A stretch of 59,822 bases of DNA from an uncultured Pseudomonadota bacterium (GTDB lineage: Bacteria > Babelota > Babeliae > Babelales > CAIQNR01). A model generated the notes under the pieces. The model did no database searches. It was not told the origin of the DNA and was given only the letters and a program-made list of their open reading frames with translations. A program made the translations under genes and the position numbers. Positions 53,741 through 59,822 of the stretch are shown here, piece by piece (within the stretch, counting starts at the first letter, position 1; each line of letters starts with the position of its first letter). The stretch is from assembly GCA_964606885.1 (NCBI GenBank), contig CAZSHB010000005.1:1-59822 (forward strand), written 5' to 3'.

Positions 53741-56242
53741 TCATGGAACAGTAACTGTAGCTGATGTACTCATATTACCATTAGCATCACGTGCAATTAA
53801 TGCATACAAGAACGATACTCCAAAGGGACGATTATGATCTTGGTATAAAGAAGCAGTAGCAGGCAATGTTGCAATCTCTTGTCCATCTCGATACAACAAA
53901 TACGCTGCTGTTTGTGATGATGGGCTAAGTGTCCATAACAACTGATTATACAATTCATACGCCAACCCAAAATTATTTTTCTTTTGCTGCCCTTGTAAGT
54001 TTGATGGTGGCTCTATAAAACCAGCAAAATTCAATTCCACACGCGTAGGGCTTCCAAGTGGTAGATACGAAAGCGTATAATTGGGAGTTGCTCCCGTAAA
54101 AGTCACAGAATCAAACGTGCCAGTAATACTAGAAGAAGTAAGAAGCGTATACGTACCTGCTGGAGTATCTGAATCAATAGCAAGTTCTAAAACACCTGCC
54201 AACGATGCAGCTCCTGTAACGTCAACTAAGGATGCACCACTTACATCAATCGTGCTATGCACAAGAGCACCTAATGCGCCTGGAGATGCTGCAAAAAGAG
54301 TTAAGCTACCAAGCGTAAGTGTTTCTCCCGTATCTGGAGATATCGTTCCAGAATTTACAGTAACAGCCCCTGTTAAAGTTCCACTGCCACTTAACGTACC
54401 TCGTTGTGTACCAGAAGCAAGATCTCTACAAACACGAATTTCTGCTGTATTAATCTCTCCATTTACTTTAAAGTTTGCATTATTAATCAAAACAGTACCC
54501 GTATAATCAGTTGTTCCATTATAAATAACAGTTCCATTTCCTCTGACAAATACATTTGTTCCTACTCCACCAAAACTAGTATCATCAACAAAGGCAACAC
54601 CACTTCCCAGCGTCAAAATATCATTGACACCATCTGCTCTGAAATTAAGCCTAGAATTTGATCGCAAGAAAATACTATATCCCAATTCTGATCCATCAAA
54701 GCCATCCTCTGCTCCAGAAGCACCTGTACCACCAATTCCTTTTTGTACGGTAGTGTTTACGGTATTAAAAACAGTTGGAATACCAGAGAACGCTTGTATG
54801 GTAAACTCTAGACCAGTATCTACAAAAATAGCACCGCCTAGACCACTACCACCACCACCGCCTCCTCCACCAGAACCTGCGCCAACTGAATTTGCACCCG
54901 CTCCACCAGAACCGCCACCAAGATTACCTGTATCAGAACCGCCATCAGCAACACCTCCATCAGTTGGTCCACCACCGCCTCCTCCACCGCCGCTTGCAGA
55001 ATTGCCACCAGTTGCAAATGTTGTACCAGATGAGACAACACCACCGCATCCTCCACCGCCCCCAACACCGCCTGATCCACCTTGCACAGAATACCCTGAA
55101 TCATAAAAACCTAGACCAGCGCCACCGCCTCCACCACCTGCGGAACCACCATTACCAGCCCTGCCATCAATATTAACCGTTGTACCATTAACAACGACCC
55201 CTCCACCACCGCCACCGCCTCCATCACCGCCCCAACCTCCAGAAGGCGTTCCTCCACCTGGAGGCGTAGAACCTTCCGGTTGCTGACCAGTATACCCATT
55301 ACTTCCACCACCACCTCCACCAGATTGTGCAAGACCAGCACCACCACCTGCACCACCTGCTCTTATTCCTCCCGACAAACCTCCTCCACCAGAACCAGCT
55401 GTTAAGATAAGTCCATACCCATTTCCATCAGACCCAGGATTATCATCATCTCCACCATGACCTAAATTTGTAGGTGTGCCTGCAGTAGCTCGTGATCCTA
55501 AACCGCCACCACCTCCGCCGCCGCCTCCAGCTGGATCTCCAAATGGAATAGTAACATTACCACCATTACCACCAAAGCCACCGCCACCTGCACCGCCAGT
55601 GCTCCCTGTTGTAGTAACCGAACCACCATTACCACCAAAGCCTCCTCCTCCGCCGCCGCCCTCATTACCCGTAGAGGCACCACCCATATAACTTCCTCCA
55701 TTACCCCCAACAGCAGAACAATTGTTGATTGAAACGTTGATTAACGTGATTGTAGGATCTGAACCATTTAAAAAAGATTGCGGTGCATAGATAGCACCCC
55801 CTGCACCCATTCCACCACCGCCGCCAGAAATACCATCTCCTCCTTCACCACCCTGTGCAGTAAAATTTTGAAAGATCATATTTTGAATGGTCACATTACC
55901 CATAGGAATAAAAAATCCAGGATACGTATTTTGTCCGTCAATCGTAACAGTCGGGATAGAACCAGCATTACCAATAGTGATAGTTACAGGATGTGTTGAA
56001 TTATTAATGATCGGCAAAATACCATTAAGTTGAATCGTCATAGGAAAATCAAAAACAATCGCATAATCATCAGCTGCACTATTATTTAACTGATCATTCA
56101 TGGTATTTAAGCAATACCGTAAATCACCCACGTCACCAACACCACCGGCATTATCATCTGAACTTAGTGAGACATGGAGCGTTGTTAAAGCATGCAAAGA
56201 CGATGAGGCAAAAAGAAGCACTACATAGATATATTTAAACAT
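53741..56242 (-). CDS. Large secreted glycine-rich beta-helix protein (Pmp/autotransporter-passenger-like) with no barrel domain of its own
   Basis: 833 aa. Signal MFKYIYVVLLFASSSLHA. N-terminal GDLRYCLNTMN...IVFDF...ITI.G (CSLREA-like start of parallel beta-helix adhesins). GGAI motifs (GAGGAIYA, LGGAIFV). A ~340-aa tract dominated by GGxGG/GGNGG (aa ~130-470). Passenger-like GTLSGSGTLTGAVTVNSGTISP...LTLGSLTL...GVLELAI...GTYTLLTSSSITGTFDSV. C-terminal 89-aa FN3-like domain. Confidence 0.85.
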   Translation of the reverse strand: MFKYIYVVLLFASSSLHALTTLHVSLSSDDNAGGVGDVGDLRYCLNTMNDQLNNSAADDYAIVFDFPMTIQLNGILPIINNSTHPVTITIGNAGSIPTVTIDGQNTYPGFFIPMGNVTIQNMIFQNFTAQGGEGGDGISGGGGGMGAGGAIYAPQSFLNGSDPTITLINVSINNCSAVGGNGGSYMGGASTGNEGGGGGGGFGGNGGSVTTTGSTGGAGGGGFGGNGGNVTIPFGDPAGGGGGGGGGLGSRATAGTPTNLGHGGDDDNPGSDGNGYGLILTAGSGGGGLSGGIRAGGAGGGAGLAQSGGGGGGSNGYTGQQPEGSTPPGGGTPSGGWGGDGGGGGGGGVVVNGTTVNIDGRAGNGGSAGGGGGGAGLGFYDSGYSVQGGSGGVGGGGGCGGVVSSGTTFATGGNSASGGGGGGGGPTDGGVADGGSDTGNLGGGSGGAGANSVGAGSGGGGGGGGSGLGGAIFVDTGLEFTIQAFSGIPTVFNTVNTTVQKGIGGTGASGAEDGFDGSELGYSIFLRSNSRLNFRADGVNDILTLGSGVAFVDDTSFGGVGTNVFVRGNGTVIYNGTTDYTGTVLINNANFKVNGEINTAEIRVCRDLASGTQRGTLSGSGTLTGAVTVNSGTISPDTGETLTLGSLTLFAASPGALGALVHSTIDVSGASLVDVTGAASLAGVLELAIDSDTPAGTYTLLTSSSITGTFDSVTFTGATPNYTLSYLPLGSPTRVELNFAGFIEPPSNLQGQQKKNNFGLAYELYNQLLWTLSPSSQTAAYLLYRDGQEIATLPATASLYQDHNRPFGVSFLYALIARDANGNMSTSATVTVP

Positions 56243-56315
56243 AAGAAAACCTAAAACTATTTTTGAGCAGCACCTACTTACCTGGCAACAAGATAAGCTG
56301 TGCGCAATACATTAT

Positions 56316-57173
56316 TCAAGTCTTAAAGCTGGGTAGCTCTGAAAATAGATATTTCTGAAGAATAAAATAGGGCCTCATAGCAAACGCAATAGTTGCATAG
56401 CGCACGTTATCAGATTGCATGACAACATGCGGCGTTGGATAGATAGAAAATTCCGCTAAAAGCGTTCCTGGGATAAGCAGCATAGAATGAGGAAACATTC
56501 TTGTAGGCACAGAAAAATCATCTACCGTAAATACAGATTTGTATGCAGAAAGCAACAGTGATTGATTATCAGTACTATCAAGCAACAAAGAAAACGCAGT
56601 GCCATCATAATGCGGTTTTATGGGAGTATATGTAGACAAATATTTTACCACTTTAAATAAAATGGGTACCTGCTCATACGCTGAAGAAAACATTGCTCCT
56701 CTGCCTAGCTCATCTGCCGCTTTTTGAAACACCTCTCCATAGGGTTGTTGTATTGCTCTACAACTTTCAAGAAAATTCACAAGCGCAGACAGCTGAATAA
56801 GCTCTGGATAACGAGCTTTTATAAAATCATGAAAATGAGTTGAATAATAAAAAGATATCTGACTTCTTGCCCGTATTTTTGATTCATCGTAAAAACCAAA
56901 AAAATCTGTTGCATAATAGTTTTTATCTTGTGAGCGAATAAAACGTTCTTTTGCATTATTTACTTTTTGTGCCCACTTTGGGTTTGCTTGCAGAAATGTA
57001 ATTAATACATCAAAGTGCTTATACAAAGCATCAAACGCTTCAGCTTCTTGCAGTCTATCAGCTATTTCTACATAACCAATCTGCGCAAACTGTTCTGCAA
57101 AAGACAACCCCCTACACGGAGTAAAAGAACAGACAAAGGCGATGTAGAGCACTACAATTTTTTTAATCATCAT
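56316..57173 (-). CDS. Secreted protein with a 2OG-Fe(II)-oxygenase-like motif pattern
   Basis: 285 aa. Signal MMIKKIVVLYIAFVCSFTPC. KPHYDGTAFSLLL (HxD), ...MLLIPGTLLAEFS..., PTPHVV (distal His) and RYATIAFAMRP (Arg) occur in the order and spacing of the isopenicillin-N-synthase-like dioxygenase fold. Judged by eye only. Confidence 0.4.
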   Translation of the reverse strand: MMIKKIVVLYIAFVCSFTPCRGLSFAEQFAQIGYVEIADRLQEAEAFDALYKHFDVLITFLQANPKWAQKVNNAKERFIRSQDKNYYATDFFGFYDESKIRARSQISFYYSTHFHDFIKARYPELIQLSALVNFLESCRAIQQPYGEVFQKAADELGRGAMFSSAYEQVPILFKVVKYLSTYTPIKPHYDGTAFSLLLDSTDNQSLLLSAYKSVFTVDDFSVPTRMFPHSMLLIPGTLLAEFSIYPTPHVVMQSDNVRYATIAFAMRPYFILQKYLFSELPSFKT

Positions 57174-57398
57174 GCAGTGCAGCGTAGAAAGTATTACCTG
57201 ATCTTGTCAAAAAATTAAGATACTTTATTACTCACGGTCATCTGCAAAAAGATGGTGCAGGTACCGCTCAGGATCATCTAAAAATTGTTTAGTGATCTGA
57301 TAATGGTCAGTATTTTTATACACAATTTTAGTTAAAGGCTGGTGTTCTTAAGAATGCTGATTTCATAGTAGGCCGTTTTTATTTGCAAACCTTTATTT

Positions 57399-58001
57399 TT
57401 ATTTGCTTAGATAATTCTCAATAAAATTAACCGTATCTTCAGAACCACTTTCTTTCGCATCATCAAGCGCCGTATGTCCCATGTAATTCACAACAGTAAC
57501 ATCAACTCCTGCATTGAGCAGGGCTTTAACTATAGCAATATTACCTTGAAGGACAGCTGCATGAAGCGCTGTACTCCCCATACAATTTATAGCATTCACA
57601 TCAGCACCTGCTCGTAATAAAGCTTCAACTATTGAAACATGACCCTTAGCAACAGCACGCATAAGCGCTGTTGTACTGTCAGTATCTATTTTATTGACAT
57701 GTGCACCCGCAGCTAACAAAGCATGTACCGTTTCAGTACACCCTGCCTCTGCTGCAGCCATAAGAGCAGTTTCAAAAATAGGCCAATCTGCAGCATTCAC
57801 GTCAGTACCTGAATGTAAAAGTTTTTTAAGAGCATGAGTATCACACGCTCTTGCAAGATCTAGGAAATGATTATAACGAACTTGTTCTGGTGTTTCTTGC
57901 ATCTCTTCAATAACAATTCCACCTTCTAATGTAACATTAGCCTGAGCTACAAAATCGATAAAAAGTACAAACACAAACAAACTTTTTTTGAACATATTCA
58001 T
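57399..58001 (-). CDS. Secreted ankyrin-repeat protein
   Basis: 200 aa. Signal MNMFKKSLFVFVLFIDFVAQA. At least four ANK repeats (TALMAAAEAGCTETVHALLAAGAHVN, TALMRAVAKGHVSIVEALLRAGADVN, TALHAAVLQGNIAIVKALLNAGVDV, TALDDAKESG). Confidence 0.9.
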   Translation of the reverse strand: MNMFKKSLFVFVLFIDFVAQANVTLEGGIVIEEMQETPEQVRYNHFLDLARACDTHALKKLLHSGTDVNAADWPIFETALMAAAEAGCTETVHALLAAGAHVNKIDTDSTTALMRAVAKGHVSIVEALLRAGADVNAINCMGSTALHAAVLQGNIAIVKALLNAGVDVTVVNYMGHTALDDAKESGSEDTVNFIENYLSK

Positions 58002-58101
58002 AATTAAATCTCTCTAGATAATAATGCTAAAAACACACCATAAGTGTATCCCAAGAGGCATCTATTAACAATGATAGATGTATAATAAAACACTGTATTT
58101 T

Positions 58102-58644
58102 TTAATCTTTTTTACGAACATATGTCTTTTCTATTATGCCTGCAAATAATAACCGTGACGATACTTCACACATGCCCTCAAACAAGTTTTTCGGCAGCGC
58201 TATGCCTCGCTGCAAAACAGTTGGGATTACGGTAATAATGCATTCATCAATAAGATCATATGCTTTAAATGAAGCTATAAGTTCAGCCCCACCAAGTAAC
58301 CATACACGCTTGATTGTAGGATTTTGATTAATAAGAGAAAGGTACTCTTCTATACTGGCTACAAACGTTACATCTGTACGATTTGTCTGCATTGGTTCCC
58401 GAGTAAACGTATACATATGCTTACCATTATACGGTAAATCGGAGACAATTCCCTCTTCAATAAAAGAAAGACACTGCAAGAAGGTACGGCTGCCTTGTGC
58501 AATAACATCAATAGATGCAAGAAAATCTTCAAATCCCGAATGCCCACCTTCTGGTTCTTCTTGTGGAAGCCAATCAAGACCTCCTTGTTCATCTGCAATA
58601 AAACCATCTTGGCTTGCTGCTATATAAAGAATTGTATAAGCCAT
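58102..58644 (-). CDS. Dihydrofolate-reductase-like / RibD C-terminal domain family protein
   Basis: 180 aa. YIAASQDGFIADEQGGLDWL, ...WLLGGAELI... and the size match the RibD_C/YwjB-type reductase fold family. Confidence 0.65.
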   Translation of the reverse strand: MAYTILYIAASQDGFIADEQGGLDWLPQEEPEGGHSGFEDFLASIDVIAQGSRTFLQCLSFIEEGIVSDLPYNGKHMYTFTREPMQTNRTDVTFVASIEEYLSLINQNPTIKRVWLLGGAELIASFKAYDLIDECIITVIPTVLQRGIALPKNLFEGMCEVSSRLLFAGIIEKTYVRKKD

Positions 58645-58656
58645 AAAATCCTTTGC

Positions 58657-59331
58657 TTAAAGTTTGAAAGCTGCTTTTATACTTTGAGCAATTTCAGTCG
58701 CAGTTTGTAGATGTGGAAACACTTGAAGATCATACACAATATCACCATACACATAATCATAATGGCTACGCGCATGCCCTACAGGAGAAGTACCACGCGC
58801 TTTTTCTCGCTCTTCTAATACTTCCAGAGGAATAGCAACTTTAACCCAATACGTTTTAGTATATTTCAATTTCTTTTGCAGATCTTCAATCCAAGCTTTT
58901 TTATACGCTATATAATCTACAATAATATTACACCCCTGCTGTGCATATGCTGCAATAGCAGTATTCATAGCATATGCAACACGATCTCCATCAGGACCAA
59001 CATACAAAGTAATTATATTATGCCCTTGCGCATCTTTGGTTGATTCTACCCAACGAATAGCATTTTCTTTCTGCCAAAACCCAACCTTTTCTGTCGTAAT
59101 ATCTGGTAATGGTACATTTGGAAATGGTGCATCAAAAAGTGTATCTATCCCTAATTTGATCCAAAGTTGTGGCATCATCAGTTGCTGAAACTCTTTTTGT
59201 ATAGATGTTTTACCTGCTGCAGATGGACCATTAAGTACAATCACTGTTCCAGTATTAAGCTGATTGAACCACCATCTATAACCAACAGCTATAACCACCA
59301 TAAACAGTAGGGATGCTATAAAATACTTCAT
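58657..59331 (-). CDS. P-loop kinase of the chloramphenicol-phosphotransferase-like (CPT) family with N-terminal membrane anchor
   Basis: AAAGGAA RBS before ATG 59331. TM helix YFIASLLFMVVIAVGY. Walker A VIVLNGPSAAGKTSI (CPT family LNG.SSAGKS). Confidence 0.5.
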   Translation of the reverse strand: MKYFIASLLFMVVIAVGYRWWFNQLNTGTVIVLNGPSAAGKTSIQKEFQQLMMPQLWIKLGIDTLFDAPFPNVPLPDITTEKVGFWQKENAIRWVESTKDAQGHNIITLYVGPDGDRVAYAMNTAIAAYAQQGCNIIVDYIAYKKAWIEDLQKKLKYTKTYWVKVAIPLEVLEEREKARGTSPVGHARSHYDYVYGDIVYDLQVFPHLQTATEIAQSIKAAFKL

Positions 59332-59381
59332 ACACAATTCCTTTCAAATGACTTATCTTAAACATAAAAATTTAATAAAAT

Positions 59382-59624
59382 TTACCAAAGTCTCTTTTTT
59401 GCAAATGCTCTACCGGCACCTGATTTTAAATATTTTTCAAATGCTGTCGCTTTTAACTTCTCTTCAAAAGCAAGAACCATAACGACTTTCCACGGACGAG
59501 CATCTTTAGTATAGATTGATCCACCAGAGTTATGAGTCTCAAGTCTTTCAGAAAGATTATCTGTATGACCGATATACGTGCGATCTGGAAAATTTATAGA
59601 TTTAATGAGGTAAACGTAATACAT
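59382..59624 (-). CDS. GIY-YIG nuclease-domain protein (UPF0213-like, 80 aa)
   Basis: YYVYLIKS....RTYIGHTDNLSERLETHNSG......ARPWKVV matches the GIY-YIG core (GIY...YIG..R..H/N). Confidence 0.8.
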   Translation of the reverse strand: MYYVYLIKSINFPDRTYIGHTDNLSERLETHNSGGSIYTKDARPWKVVMVLAFEEKLKATAFEKYLKSGAGRAFAKKRLW

Positions 59625-59645
59625 GCTACCTGCTTTTTATCAAGA

Positions 59646-59700
59646 TAGCTCCATCGGAGCGAAAATTCTTTAGCGACTTACCCGACTTCGCCAAGGCTTC
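59646..59700. repeat. 55-nt repeat, copy 1 (TAGCTCCATCGGAGCGAAAATTCTTTAGCGACTTACCCGACTTCGCCAAGGCTTC)
   Basis: Exact match to 59768-59822. Contains the hairpin GCTCC-ATC-GGAGC and CTTCG motifs also present in the tRNA trailers. Confidence 0.9.
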
Positions 59701-59767
59701 GACGGGCAGCCTTCGCCGGTTCTATTAAAATTTTTGTTACTACCTTCAGTGCTGGGCGTCCCAGCCG

Positions 59768-59822
59768 TAGCTCCATCGGAGCGAAAATTCTTTAGCGACT
59801 TACCCGACTTCGCCAAGGCTTC
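59768..59822. repeat. 55-nt repeat, copy 2 (truncated by the window end)
   Basis: Exact match to 59646-59700, 122 nt downstream. The window ends within the repeat, so the full unit length and copy number are unknown. Confidence 0.9.

Noticed and set aside
54081-55691. Several Pro-rich or His/Gln-rich ORFs on the plus strand (e.g. 54624-55106, 54892-55176, 55476-55691) and alternative-frame minus ORFs
   Set aside because: They mirror the (GGN)n glycine tract (CCN = Pro on the opposite strand). The minus-strand glycine-rich frame has the signal peptide, a recognisable domain order and a continuous 833-aa ORF.
59646-59822. Possible CRISPR array
   Set aside because: The repeat is at least 55 nt, longer than typical CRISPR repeats. 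Only two copies are visible, and no cas genes or leader are nearby. Reported as a generic repeat instead.

Overview
59.8-kb chromosomal segment of an AT-rich diderm bacterium. BamA, several C-terminal-Phe beta-barrel genes and FtsL/FtsI support the diderm call. The window opens with the 5' end of a 16S rRNA gene on the minus strand, with its consensus promoter and a long AT-rich leader. Housekeeping genes recognised by motif: gmk, prfB (no frameshift site), pgi, HIT, ogt, Sua5/TsaC, DEAD-box helicase, ABC-F ATPase, trxA, cysS, bamA, ftsL/ftsI, class-I aldolase, prmC, mutL. There is a cluster of four tRNAs. About half of the 64 CDS I call are lineage-specific ORFs with N-terminal signal peptides or membrane anchors. 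Several carry eukaryote-like modules: ankyrin repeats, an RRM with an RGG tail, a J domain, BI-1, prohibitin. That pattern suggests a host-associated or intracellular lifestyle (Dependentiae/TM6-, Legionellales- or Chlamydiae-like). I cannot assign taxonomy without a 16S search. I see no IS element, integrase, prophage, CRISPR array or recognisable defence system. Three loci deserve the most attention. (1) 51650-57173: a secreted oxygenase-like protein, an 833-aa glycine-rich beta-helix 'passenger' with no barrel of its own, a stand-alone ~200-aa outer-membrane barrel, and a 7-repeat propeller-like protein that shares the passenger's C-terminal domain. (2) 3572-6901: a tandem array of five glycine-zipper-like secreted/membrane proteins, one fused to a J domain. 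(3) 17810-20307: a membrane-embedded MutS-like ATPase paired with a MazG-like NTP pyrophosphohydrolase. All functional calls rest on motifs read by eye from the translations. No database search or alignment was run.
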